Virus record (IMG/VR): IMGVR_UViG_3300030117_007876
Coordinates: 1-64,000 of that record
Reading direction: 5' to 3' (one strand)
DNA length: 64,000 bases
Source of the DNA: a virus
The position numbers and the translations under genes were made by a program. How positions within the stretch are numbered: the first letter of the stretch is position 1; the number at the start of each line of letters is the position of its first letter. The notes under the pieces were generated by a model. The model worked only from the letters and a program-made list of their open reading frames with translations. It searched no databases and was not told where the DNA came from. Shown here piece after piece: positions 1 through 9,465 of the stretch.

Positions 1-90
1 TTATTAAGTCTTTCAGGAACCACTGATAATGGCATAATAACCTTAAATGGCTCTGCTCCTAATGGTACTGTTGAAAGTAATTTAACTTTT
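1..90 (+). repeat. Near-identical ~90 bp internal duplication (second copy at 1504-1593)
   Basis: ttattaagtctttcaggaaccactgataatggc...gaaag(t/c)aatttaactttt occurs at 1 and 1504. Confidence 0.9.
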
Positions 91-3000
91 GATGGTACTG
101 ATTTATATGTTAACGGTAATGCCGGCATAGGTACTACAAGTCTGGGAACAACTAAATTAAGAGTTGTAAACGGATCATCTGGTCAAGAAATTTTTAAAGC
201 AGACGATGGGTCCACTGCCGTTATAAGAGCTAAAGTTGATGGTACTGTTTCTTTCGAAAAAGGCGATGTTGGCATAGGTACTGGAAGTCCCGATTGCGCT
301 TTACAAATTAATAGTACAGATGATGAAAAAATAATATTAAGTGGATCGACTGATCCATTTATTCGTTTCCGAAGTGCAAACGCTAATAGAGCTTACATTC
401 AGTGGGTCGAAAGCAGTAACTCATTTTCGTTTTTTAACTCAACGGGTGACAACTTTGATTTTTATACTCATGATAGTTCGGTACTAGCAATAAGATTAAA
501 GGGTAGCGATGGGGACAATTGGGGTTTCGTTTACGCAGAAGAGGGAACTAGTCAGGCTCACACTGTAGGTTTTTTAGATGGTGATGGATCTTGGGCGGCT
601 CGGCACGTAAAAGATACTTCTTGGGACTTTAGAATTAATGATAGTATCAAGATGTTTATTGATGCTGGCGGTGGCGTTGGTATAGGTACTACAAGCCCTC
701 AAACTAAATTGCATATTTATGATACAGATGCTACAACAGCTTTAATAAGTTCAAATACTAATGCGACGAATGGTTCTTATTTAAGATTAGTTGAAGGTGG
801 AGATGATTTTGCTACTAATGGTTACCTTGGTGGTTATATTAAATATAACGGTGATTCTAATTTAATTCAGATCGGTCGCCATACTGCAAGTAACACTACT
901 TTAAGTGATGACATACCAGTTATCACTATACCAAGATCAGAAACTAAAGTAGGAATAAATAAACTAGCTCCATCAACAGCACTGCATATTGGCGGTAAAG
1001 TAACTGTAGATACAATAGATACAGATAATAGTTTAACTAGCTTCTTAGTTGTTGATGGTAACGGAGAAATTCATAAAAGAACCAGCGGAGCTTCTGGAAG
1101 TAGTGGATCTTCTGGATCTAGTGGTTCTTCTGGATCAAGTGGGTCTTCTGGATCAAGTGGATCTTCTGGGAATGATGGTGCTTCTGGATCAAGTGGATCT
1201 TCTGGAAATAGTGGTACTTCTGGATCTAGTGGTTCTTCTGGTTCAAGTGGGTCTTCTGGATCAAGTGGATCTTCTGGGAATGATGGCGCTTCTGGATCAA
1301 GTGGATCTTCTGGAAATAGTGGTACTTCTGGGTCTAGTGGCTCTTCTGGTTCAAGTGGGTCTTCTGGATCAAGTGGATCTTCTGGGAATGATGGCGCTTC
1401 TGGATCAAGTGGATCTTCTGGAAATAGTGGTACTTCTGGGTCTAGTGGCTCTTCTGGTTCAAGCGGTTCGAGTGGGTCTTCTGGTTCAAGTGGGTCTTCT
1501 GGATTATTAAGTCTTTCAGGAACCACTGATAATGGCATAATAACCTTAAATGGCTCTGCTCCTAATGGTACTGTTGAAAGCAATTTAACTTTTACTAGTA
1601 ATACTTTAAATTTAAATGGAAGCGCAGCAGAAGCTAAGATAATAGTAAATTCTACTCTTAACGGGACCGGCTCATACTTAAGGCTTGTAGAAGGATCTGA
1701 TGACGCAGCGTCAAATGGTTATCTTGGCGGCTATATTCAGTATGACTCTGATTCAAATTTAATAAATATTGGAAGACATAATGCTACAACAACAAGTCTT
1801 AGTGATGATAGCCCTGTTATACAAATAAGTAGAACTGATGGCAATGTCGGTATAGGCACTGCAAGTCCTAATAAAGAATTACATGTTATTGGGACTATAA
1901 GAGCTGCTGGAAATAGTGAAGCTTTTATTTCTAGTACTCCTTCTTCTAATTCTCAAGGTTACATTAGGATGTCTGATAATTCGGGTTCTAATAAATTAAT
2001 TGAATTAAATTCTGTTGATTATTCAGGTGTTATAAGTGGTGGAACAATAAGCTTAGGACTTGGAGTTACAAGTTATGCGATTTTATCAGGGACCACTGTA
2101 AACGGTGGAGATTTAACACTAAAAGATCAAGGCGCTAGTACAACTATAACTTTAGACGGAAGCGCAGGTTCAATTACAACTACAGGTAAAGTAACTGTAG
2201 GCACAATAAATACAGATGCAAGTTTAACAGATTTCATAGTTGTTGATGGTAACGGTGAATTACACAAAAGAACTGGAGGCTCTGGATCTAGTGGAAGTTC
2301 TGGATCTAGTGGAAGTTCTGGATCTAGTGGAAGTTCTGGATCTAGTGGAAATTCTGGAACTAGTGGGAGTTCTGGATCTAGTGGAAATTCTGGAACTAGT
2401 GGGAGTTCTGGATCTAGTGGAAATTCTGGAACTGATGCATCAGTGGGTGGATCTAATGATCAATATGTTTATAGAACAGGTTCTACTTCGGTGACTTCAG
2501 GGTGTTTATGCCATGCTACAAATAAAGTAGTCGTAAATCAAGGGGCTGAATTTAAAGTAACAGGTCCAGCTGCTAGTTATAACACTCATTTTAATTATAA
2601 TAACGGTGGGGCTAATTACATTACAAGTTGCGGGGATTGCACATTTATTCGAGGTTATAATGGATCGAGCGTATCAAATGGTGTAGTTGCAAGTTCAACT
2701 GGAGCTGTGGGGGTAGGAGGTAATCCAAGTAGTCAAGCTTTAAAAATACATGGAACTACATGCGCAACACAAGAAATTACTTCAAGTTCTTATATTTGTA
2801 CCTGCGGTGATTTTTGTACTGATGGTGATGTATGTTGCACTTCGGATGCAAGGTTTAAAACAGATGTGGCACCTATAAGGCCAATAGGTGGATTAGCTTG
2901 CACAGTAATGTCAATGAGAGGAGTTGAGTATAAATGGAAAAATGACTCTCCAGCTGTAAAAGCTGATCCTGAAAAAATAAATAGATGTAATTTAGGTTTT

Positions 3001-3198
3001 ATTGCTCAAGAAGTGGAAAAGGCTATTCCAAGCGCAGTTTCTTGTGGTAAAGGCGAATATTTTGAAGATGAAAGAAAAATTAGTACAGGTGGAATATTGG
3101 CTATGTTATTAGAATTAGTTAAAGAACATCAATTAAAAATAGAAAATTTAGAAAAAGAAGTAAAAAATTTAAAAGGTATTGTTGAAAAAATGCAATAA
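1..3198 (+). CDS. Long tail fibre/adhesin with Gly-Ser-Ser repeats and C-terminal peptidase S74 intramolecular chaperone (5' end outside window)
   Basis: Frame of the 652 ORF appears open back to base 1 (LLSLSGTTDNGIIT...). Repeated GNVGIGTxSP modules, GSS tracts, and C-terminal TSDARFK...GVEYKWK...GFIAQEVE plus coiled coil. Confidence 0.88.
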   Translation, partial: LLSLSGTTDNGIITLNGSAPNGTVESNLTFDGTDLYVNGNAGIGTTSLGTTKLRVVNGSSGQEIFKADDGSTAVIRAKVDGTVSFEKGDVGIGTGSPDCALQINSTDDEKIILSGSTDPFIRFRSANANRAYIQWVESSNSFSFFNSTGDNFDFYTHDSSVLAIRLKGSDGDNWGFVYAEEGTSQAHTVGFLDGDGSWAARHVKDTSWDFRINDSIKMFIDAGGGVGIGTTSPQTKLHIYDTDATTALISSNTNATNGSYLRLVEGGDDFATNGYLGGYIKYNGDSNLIQIGRHTASNTTLSDDIPVITIPRSETKVGINKLAPSTALHIGGKVTVDTIDTDNSLTSFLVVDGNGEIHKRTSGASGSSGSSGSSGSSGSSGSSGSSGSSGNDGASGSSGSSGNSGTSGSSGSSGSSGSSGSSGSSGNDGASGSSGSSGNSGTSGSSGSSGSSGSSGSSGSSGNDGASGSSGSSGNSGTSGSSGSSGSSGSSGSSGSSGSSGLLSLSGTTDNGIITLNGSAPNGTVESNLTFTSNTLNLNGSAAEAKIIVNSTLNGTGSYLRLVEGSDDAASNGYLGGYIQYDSDSNLINIGRHNATTTSLSDDSPVIQISRTDGNVGIGTASPNKELHVIGTIRAAGNSEAFISSTPSSNSQGYIRMSDNSGSNKLIELNSVDYSGVISGGTISLGLGVTSYAILSGTTVNGGDLTLKDQGASTTITLDGSAGSITTTGKVTVGTINTDASLTDFIVVDGNGELHKRTGGSGSSGSSGSSGSSGSSGSSGSSGNSGTSGSSGSSGNSGTSGSSGSSGNSGTDASVGGSNDQYVYRTGSTSVTSGCLCHATNKVVVNQGAEFKVTGPAASYNTHFNYNNGGANYITSCGDCTFIRGYNGSSVSNGVVASSTGAVGVGGNPSSQALKIHGTTCATQEITSSSYICTCGDFCTDGDVCCTSDARFKTDVAPIRPIGGLACTVMSMRGVEYKWKNDSPAVKADPEKINRCNLGFIAQEVEKAIPSAVSCGKGEYFEDERKISTGGILAMLLELVKEHQLKIENLEKEVKNLKGIVEKMQ
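1087..1503 (+). repeat. Coding tandem repeat (Gly-Ser-Ser)n with higher-order ~108 bp unit
   Basis: tctggatcaagtgga-type 9-mers; the ND-GASGSSGSSGNSGTSG block occurs three times. Confidence 0.95.
2275..2433 (+). repeat. Second coding Gly-Ser-Ser tandem repeat
   Basis: tctggatctagtggaagt repeats. Confidence 0.95.
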
Positions 3199-3229
3199 TC
3201 TTTTACTATATACTATATTATATAATATT

Positions 3230-3526
3230 ATGGAAAACGAAGTTAACGTAAAATTCAATCTAAATGAGGCGCAAGTTCTTATTCAATTATTAGATATTGC
3301 AGTAAGAGCTCAAGGACTTAACGCAGCGGAAGCTGGAGTTATTCTAAGTAAAAAAATTCAACAAGAATTTCAAGCAGCAGGAGGAGATGCTAGTATTTTA
3401 AACCCTAATGCTACTACTTCAGGTGAAGCCGGTTCTGGACCTTCAGGCCCAGCAAATAGTGAGGTAACATTTTCTGGCCCTGCAGATGTTGGTGGATCTG
3501 GTCCTTCTGGGCCTTCTGCTTGTTAA
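3230..3526 (+). CDS. Small hypothetical protein downstream of tail fibre
   Basis: ORF, probable start MENEV at 3230; low-complexity SGP tail. Confidence 0.7.
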   Translation: MENEVNVKFNLNEAQVLIQLLDIAVRAQGLNAAEAGVILSKKIQQEFQAAGGDASILNPNATTSGEAGSGPSGPANSEVTFSGPADVGGSGPSGPSAC

Positions 3527-3547
3527 AATAAGCAATAAATAGCAAAT

Positions 3548-3581
3548 AAATGGCAGCTCTTTTAGGGTTGCCATTTTTTTT
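3548..3581 (+). terminator. Rho-independent terminator
   Basis: aaatggcagctct-ttt-agggttgccattt hairpin followed by T run. Confidence 0.8.
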
Positions 3582-3588
3582 ATTTTTA

Positions 3589-3594
3589 GTGTAA
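3589..3594 (+). promoter_or_regulatory. GTGTAA putative phage promoter motif (representative copy)
   Basis: Same hexamer precedes starts at 21027, 23145, 27500, 38163, 39363, 45972, 47472, 48506, 58290 and 58955 (+), and at 50429-50434 and 51235-51240 (-). Confidence 0.65.
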
Positions 3595-3613
3595 TATAAT
3601 ATGTAAAATAGCC

Positions 3614-3970
3614 ATGTACGAGTACAAATGTGAGTTAATAAGAGTAGTAGATGGTGATACTGTTGATGTGATTATAGATGTTGGTTTTTCTACATTTAAA
3701 AAAGAAAGAGTTCGTTTGTATGGAATAAACACACCTGAGTGTAGAACAAGAGATAAAGAAGAAAAGAAAAAAGGTTTAGCGGCAAAAGCTAGATTGAAAG
3801 AAATACTAAAAGAATTTGGTAAACACTTTATCATAAAAACAGAAATAGATAAAAAAGGTAAATTCGGAAGAATACTCGGCCAGATTTATGATTTAGATAT
3901 GCAAAGTTGCGCAAATGATATGCTAGTAATAGAAGGACACGCAGTAGAATATTTCGGAGGCTCTCGTTAA
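3614..3970 (+). CDS. Thermonuclease (SNase-like) family nuclease
   Basis: RVVDGDTVD...RVRLYGINTPE...KGKFGRILG motifs. Confidence 0.85.
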   Translation: MYEYKCELIRVVDGDTVDVIIDVGFSTFKKERVRLYGINTPECRTRDKEEKKKGLAAKARLKEILKEFGKHFIIKTEIDKKGKFGRILGQIYDLDMQSCANDMLVIEGHAVEYFGGSR

Positions 3971-3983
3971 TTAGAAAAATTTT

Positions 3984-5903
3984 ATGGGAAAAATAACAAG
4001 AAATAGAGTAATGTATGCGGGTACTGATATTTTGGTATCAGACGCACCAAGCTGGTCATCGCAAACTAATTTTTCCAACTTAAAATTATTAAAAAGAGTG
4101 CAGAATAGTTCTATTTCTATATCTAATCCAGTCAGTAGATCTAGACAAGTAGGCGCTAGCGATTTCGCTTTTCAAAAATACACAGAAACACCACAGATTG
4201 AAGTTGGTATTAGTTATTATTTAAGTGATAATTCTAACGAGTTGTTATTAGGTTTAGTTGCTGACAATACTTCTGGAATATTTTCTAATTTCAGAGAGTC
4301 TGGTGGAGATAGAAATTTATATTTTATTTTAACTGATGAAGATGGTCAAGATGCAGATTCTATTACTGATGCTGTAGGTTTAGATGTTTTTGCTGTTGGC
4401 AACGCTTTCTTAAGTAATTATTCTTTAAATGCTCAAGTAGGAGATTTACCTAGTGTAGATTTATCTTTTGATTGCGTAAATATGACTTTTGATAATTATG
4501 CTGGTACGGGGCCTAATGGTAGTCAAGTTCCAGCTATTAATTTACCTCAAGGATCTAAATCCACAGAAAAATATTTACTTAGTGGTTATAATTTTAATTT
4601 AAATAATTATTTATCTCATCAATCAAATAGAGCTGCAGCTTTGCAGCCGGGAGATATAAATTTACAATTAGAGCAGCCTATAATGGGTGGCGTTCGTTAT
4701 TCTGGAGAATCACCAGCTAACATAACATCTATGCAAATAAACTTACCTATAGGAAGAAAAGATTTAATAGGTTTTGGTAGTAATTTTCCTTTTGATAAAA
4801 GAATAATATTTCCTGTTGTTGGAACAGTTGCTTTCGAAGGTTATATTGATGAACCTGTTACTGGAGATTTTAGCAATATATTTGATGATGAAAGTGATTA
4901 TGATTTAGTTTTCAATTTCAAAAAAACTGATGGTTCTACTGGTTTCAGGGTTGAGATAGATAACGCTAGAGTTGAGTCTCAATCTTTTTCTCAAGCTGTT
5001 GGAGATAATATGACTTTTTCTTCAGAGTTTTCTTTTTCTGTAGGAGCAGAACATGGTTTTAAAATTAGTGGATCATCTTCTTTATTTGTTGATGACGACG
5101 ATGCTATAAGCTTTTTAGATGTTGTTCAAGAAAAAAATACTACTGTTAGAAGTGGTGTTAATAAGTTTGTCAAAGCTTTAAAAACAGAAGGGCTTTGGAA
5201 TAAAATGTCAGGAATTTATCCTTTAGTCGGAGAAACTTCTTATTATGGTTATAATTTAAAAGATCCAAGAAATTCTAACGACGCATATAGATTAACATTT
5301 TCAAGCGAAGATACTAAAAGGGAAAATGGTTATATTAAATTTGAAGGCGAACATGATTATGCTAATACTTATTTCAATCCTACTACTAATTTAACTGGAA
5401 CTCCGGTTCATATATCTGCTTTAAGTATTTTGGATCAAAGTTCAGCTACTGCAGATATAGGATGTATAGAAACAAGTAGAACATCATACCCAAGGTTAGC
5501 TTTGTTTTTAGATTATGCGGGTGATCCAAATAATGATGCTTTATTTGATTTTTATAACCCGCAGACAAGAATAACAGTAGACGAAGTTAATAGTAAAGCT
5601 TTTTATATTGCCAGTAGACCGACAAGTACATCAGCTTTTCTTTCTTTATATAATACAAGTGAAACACCTACAAAGACAAATACAGCTACTTTTGCAGAAA
5701 ATGCAACTAGCGTTCCTAACCTAAATGTTTTTGTCGGGGCAGCAAATGTAGCAGGATCTCCAGAACAAAATGCTGACGCTGATAGGCAGTATGGATTTTT
5801 GTCTATCGGAGATGGGTTAACATCTGCAGAAGCTACTGAATTATATAAAGCTTTAAAGGATTTTCATTCTGACATAGGTAGGGATTTTGGCATATTTAGC
5901 TGA
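3984..5903 (+). CDS. Probable virion structural protein (tail-tube-like N-terminal part plus extra C-terminal domain)
   Basis: Beta-rich, acidic 639-aa protein near the tail fibre; no catalytic motif recognised. Confidence 0.45.
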   Translation: MGKITRNRVMYAGTDILVSDAPSWSSQTNFSNLKLLKRVQNSSISISNPVSRSRQVGASDFAFQKYTETPQIEVGISYYLSDNSNELLLGLVADNTSGIFSNFRESGGDRNLYFILTDEDGQDADSITDAVGLDVFAVGNAFLSNYSLNAQVGDLPSVDLSFDCVNMTFDNYAGTGPNGSQVPAINLPQGSKSTEKYLLSGYNFNLNNYLSHQSNRAAALQPGDINLQLEQPIMGGVRYSGESPANITSMQINLPIGRKDLIGFGSNFPFDKRIIFPVVGTVAFEGYIDEPVTGDFSNIFDDESDYDLVFNFKKTDGSTGFRVEIDNARVESQSFSQAVGDNMTFSSEFSFSVGAEHGFKISGSSSLFVDDDDAISFLDVVQEKNTTVRSGVNKFVKALKTEGLWNKMSGIYPLVGETSYYGYNLKDPRNSNDAYRLTFSSEDTKRENGYIKFEGEHDYANTYFNPTTNLTGTPVHISALSILDQSSATADIGCIETSRTSYPRLALFLDYAGDPNNDALFDFYNPQTRITVDEVNSKAFYIASRPTSTSAFLSLYNTSETPTKTNTATFAENATSVPNLNVFVGAANVAGSPEQNADADRQYGFLSIGDGLTSAEATELYKALKDFHSDIGRDFGIFS

Positions 5904-6288
5904 AATCAATATCTACATTTTTAGAGTTAACTTTTGGTGATTTATCTTTTAAATGTTTTTTACCAGTTCGTTTTTCGTAATTATCAAAATGTTTTCTTTT
6001 AACTGGATCTTCGCCGCCATTTAAAGCAGCCCTTCTTTCTGAAAGTTCATTAGAATAATCTAATAAATCTCCATAAGTCCCTTTCATGTCTCTAGTTTTG
6101 GTTACAAATCTATTGTTATCGAATGGATCTACAACTTTTGAGTTTCCTATATTAACTTGGGGTAGGTCGTAAATACGTTCCCAAAAATCTTCATCTCCAT
6201 TTTCTCCTTTATAGTGTGCATAATCTTTCATGGGCATATCAATCTCTATAATTTCATTAGTTTTTTTATTTCTAAAACAATATATCAT
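5896..6288 (-). CDS. Hypothetical protein (FmdB-like N-terminus, weak)
   Basis: MIYCFRN...EIIEIDMPM start; upstream GTGTAT motif. Confidence 0.55.
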   Translation of the reverse strand: MIYCFRNKKTNEIIEIDMPMKDYAHYKGENGDEDFWERIYDLPQVNIGNSKVVDPFDNNRFVTKTRDMKGTYGDLLDYSNELSERRAALNGGEDPVKRKHFDNYEKRTGKKHLKDKSPKVNSKNVDIDFS

Positions 6289-6347
6289 ATTTTATTATAC
6301 ACTTACCTATAAAAAATTAAAGCGCAGCTTTTACTGCGTTTTTTGTA

Positions 6348-6644
6348 TTAAGTTATTTCAATGACTTTTTGTTTTTCGTATTTTTTAGGTATGTTTATTT
6401 TTAACAAACCGTGATTCATTTCAGCTTTAATGTTGTTGTAATCGTACTCATTGTCTAAAAGTTCATAATAATCTTCTAAATTAATATTAAAAGAATCTTT
6501 GTTATCTACCTTCACGCTGATTGCGTTGCTTTTAGAAAACACTTTAACATCGTCTTTAGATTTACCCGGAAGTTCGAAGTTAAAAATGACTTCTTTTTGT
6601 GAAGGTTCGTACGTATATCTGATTGTTTGATGATTATACCACAT
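6348..6644 (-). CDS. Small heat shock protein, Hsp20 family
   Basis: FELPGKSKDDVKV...IKAEMNHGLLKINIPK alpha-crystallin motifs; AAGGA RBS upstream of MWYN start. Confidence 0.85.
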   Translation of the reverse strand: MWYNHQTIRYTYEPSQKEVIFNFELPGKSKDDVKVFSKSNAISVKVDNKDSFNINLEDYYELLDNEYDYNNIKAEMNHGLLKINIPKKYEKQKVIEIT

Positions 6645-6727
6645 AGTTATATTCCTTTTAGCATTTCGTGTGCCAACTTTTTCCGTCGTTTTTGGCAGTA
6701 AAAAGATTTTTCTAGGGTTTTTATGTC

Positions 6728-7813
6728 TCATACTGTCTCTAGATGTTTCAGAACTGACTCAGTTGTTTTTTTGTAAGTAAATTGTTTTTGAAGTTTTAAC
6801 CCTTCAGCGTTTTCTTCCTTAGCTTTAGATGCGCTATCTAATATAGCAGATTCCATTTCTTCATCTGTTATATCAAAAAATTCTCCCTGATTAAATGAAG
6901 CGCCTTTTTTGAAAAACATACCATCTTCACAATTTTTTAATTTAGATGGTTCAATTAATATGCTATTTTTTTCTGTAGCCCAATCTTTATGAGCTGTAGC
7001 ATTCATGACAACGCTCCATTTGCCTAAAGCTGTAGCGTTAAAAGCTGGCAAATTCCAACCTTCACCACCACTTAACCCTGTTAAATCAATATCTATGCTA
7101 TTTAAAAAATCATTTACTTCTGTATTAGTTTGCATGTGAGGAACTAGATTAAGATTATTATAAACTTTGCCCTCTAAAATTTTAAACATTTCATTTTGGA
7201 AAGTAGCTTTATCCATGAATTGGTTAGATATTGCGCATGAAAGTTGATACTTAGAATCGTTTCCAAAAATTTTCAACCATGTTTTAATAATTCTAGCAGT
7301 GTTTTTTCTTTGTTCAAATTTACCCATCAATCCAAAATGAGTTTTTTCTGGCAGATACACTCTATCAGTAATATGAAAATCTTCATCAAAACCTAAAGGA
7401 ACAAAATGAACATTTTCAATTCCGTTAAGTTCAAATATATTTTTGCTATAATTAGATGAAACAAAAACATGGTCTTGCATTTTGAGAAGGTTTGTTTCAA
7501 TTTTAGTTAGTTCAGAAGTTTCGTGAAAAGTAAAAAGACCTTGATTTTTTGTTATCCTCGTTTCTGAGCCATGGATATGCCAAAGTTTTAAGGTCGGCAT
7601 GTCTTTTTGCATTTTGTCGTATCTTTCGTTTGTATTTTTTTGGAGATAACTAACGAAATCTTGTTTGACTTTATCAAACGCTTGCATTTGAGTTTTGTCA
7701 CCAATAGGAAAAAAACATAAATCTATTTCTTTTTTGTATAACTCTCTTAGTATGTTGTAAGTAACATTGCCAAAAGAAAGATTGTTAATTGGAGCGTTAA
7801 CTAGAAGACTCAT
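6728..7813 (-). CDS. Glycosyltransferase, GT4-like
   Basis: GKFEQRKN and SGGEGWNLPAFNATALGK (EGF/GLP-like) motifs. Confidence 0.8.
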   Translation of the reverse strand: MSLLVNAPINNLSFGNVTYNILRELYKKEIDLCFFPIGDKTQMQAFDKVKQDFVSYLQKNTNERYDKMQKDMPTLKLWHIHGSETRITKNQGLFTFHETSELTKIETNLLKMQDHVFVSSNYSKNIFELNGIENVHFVPLGFDEDFHITDRVYLPEKTHFGLMGKFEQRKNTARIIKTWLKIFGNDSKYQLSCAISNQFMDKATFQNEMFKILEGKVYNNLNLVPHMQTNTEVNDFLNSIDIDLTGLSGGEGWNLPAFNATALGKWSVVMNATAHKDWATEKNSILIEPSKLKNCEDGMFFKKGASFNQGEFFDITDEEMESAILDSASKAKEENAEGLKLQKQFTYKKTTESVLKHLETV

Positions 7814-8399
7814 ATTTTGTTTTTATGTTTTTAGATATTTTTTTTAAAGCTGTGTTATGTATGTTTATACATCCTTGAATACTTAGGTTCATTTTTTTGC
7901 TTATTTTTCTCCAAGGCGTTAGTTTTCGTAAGCCGTCATATCGCATTTTAAAAATTTTACGAACTCTAGTATCAGGATGTTTTTCTAATTCTAAATCGAA
8001 AAAAGAAAGAACTTCTTCTTCAAAATCAAAATCTTTTAATGAGTGAGTTGATTTTACCTTTTCTAAAGAAATTTTAGACTCGTCTATTTCTACGTATTTA
8101 TTATTCTTTTTATTTTTATTAGCAGCATTCAAGCATTTCCATTTTGCTTCATTGCCTAAAAACGTAGAAAATTTAGCGCCCCTATCTCCGTCGTATCTTA
8201 ATGCGGAGTTGTAAATAGCTATAGCTTTATCGTTTATAATGTCTTCTCTTAATGATGGGTAGGGGCAGTGCCTCATGTAAGAGTTTACAATATCTAAATA
8301 TATTCCTGAATGACGTTCAATCAGCTTTTTTAGTGATTGCTCAGTGTTTACATCTTCTTTTATGTTGTTTACTAAATCTATGTCACTTAAATTTTCCAT
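7797..8399 (-). CDS. Phage RNA polymerase sigma factor (sigma70 family)
   Basis: Region 2 motif YDGDRGAKFSTFL and C-terminal HTH (TPWRKISKKMNLSIQGCINIHNTALKKI). Confidence 0.8.
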   Translation of the reverse strand: MENLSDIDLVNNIKEDVNTEQSLKKLIERHSGIYLDIVNSYMRHCPYPSLREDIINDKAIAIYNSALRYDGDRGAKFSTFLGNEAKWKCLNAANKNKKNNKYVEIDESKISLEKVKSTHSLKDFDFEEEVLSFFDLELEKHPDTRVRKIFKMRYDGLRKLTPWRKISKKMNLSIQGCINIHNTALKKISKNIKTKYESSS

Positions 8400-9012
8400 A
8401 TAAAGACCATCCGTTTTCACGGAAAAGATCTGATATACGTCTTGTGCAAGTGCGCTTTTCATCGCTGAAATTTTTCCATTTCAGCCTGTAATCAGAGAGT
8501 TTTTTTACTATAGGGTCATTTGCTTTTTCCTCAAAATTAGCTGGTTTAATTCCATATCTTGATAAATGAATAACATAACCGCCTAAATTTTTAATCCAAT
8601 TAACTTCGTTTTCATATCGAACATCCGATATGATTGTTATTATATTGTTTTTTATATTTATTTCTACTCTCTTTTCAATTTTTTTTATCCAAAAATCTTT
8701 ATTTATTTTGTTTCTGCAAACATCTGTCCCGTAAGTCACTAATAATGGTCTTATTATGTCTTTTTCCTTTGTGTCTTCTGTGAAAGCAGATATATTTAAT
8801 TTTTCTTTCAGAAAATCATCAAGATCTAACTTCATCGCTGAAGCGAAAGATACTCTTGCAGGAACAGTGCCGTTTTTTTCTAATTTAGAGACTAAATGTT
8901 TAGCTAAAGTATCTTTACCGCATCTAGCTACACCAGATATACCGAAAAGTAATGGTATATCATTGAATACTATTTTTCTTCTTTTTATGATTCTGAAATT
9001 ATGAGTCAGCAT
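8383..9012 (-). CDS. Deoxynucleoside monophosphate kinase
   Basis: P-loop GVARCGKDT, SFASAMK, RPLLVTYGTDVCR, IISDVRYENE. Confidence 0.85.
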   Translation of the reverse strand: MLTHNFRIIKRRKIVFNDIPLLFGISGVARCGKDTLAKHLVSKLEKNGTVPARVSFASAMKLDLDDFLKEKLNISAFTEDTKEKDIIRPLLVTYGTDVCRNKINKDFWIKKIEKRVEINIKNNIITIISDVRYENEVNWIKNLGGYVIHLSRYGIKPANFEEKANDPIVKKLSDYRLKWKNFSDEKRTCTRRISDLFRENGWSLYGKFK

Positions 9013-9137
9013 GAATACTCTAAGGTCTTAAGGTCTTGAGAAATTTGTTGAGAGATTCTTTAGAAATTTATAAAGAGTTGCTTGAGAACAAGTTATGAAT
9101 AACTTTTGATGGTTAATATCTTCACTGCGTTCAGATA

Positions 9138-9443
9138 TTAAGAGGACTTTTTGTCTTTGTCAAGAAAAAAGTTCCTCAGATCTAACAATTCTTTTGATAG
9201 TGAGAAAAACCCACAATCTGCTAATATTTCAGGCGTTGAAAAAATTTCTATTTCTAGATTGTCGTTAGTCACTTTATCCACACTCATAACAAAAGATAAT
9301 TGTGTATTTTCTCCGAATTTTTCTATGATTTTCTTTAACCCCTCTGAAGCAGCTTCAGAAGGACCATGAGATAAAACCATAGTTTCTACACCTCCACATT
9401 GGACTCTAAAAAAATAATCTTGACTTTTTTGATCTCTAAACAT
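9138..9443 (-). CDS. Hypothetical protein
   Basis: 101-aa ORF, co-oriented with the minus-strand block. Confidence 0.55.
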   Translation of the reverse strand: MFRDQKSQDYFFRVQCGGVETMVLSHGPSEAASEGLKKIIEKFGENTQLSFVMSVDKVTNDNLEIEIFSTPEILADCGFFSLSKELLDLRNFFLDKDKKSS

Positions 9444-9465
9444 AAAATTATATTAAGCATATATA

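Noticed and set aside
1049-2494. Alternative-frame ORFs 1049-1510, 1071-1583 (-) and 2240-2494
   Set aside because: Shadow ORFs produced by the Gly-Ser repeat of the tail fibre.
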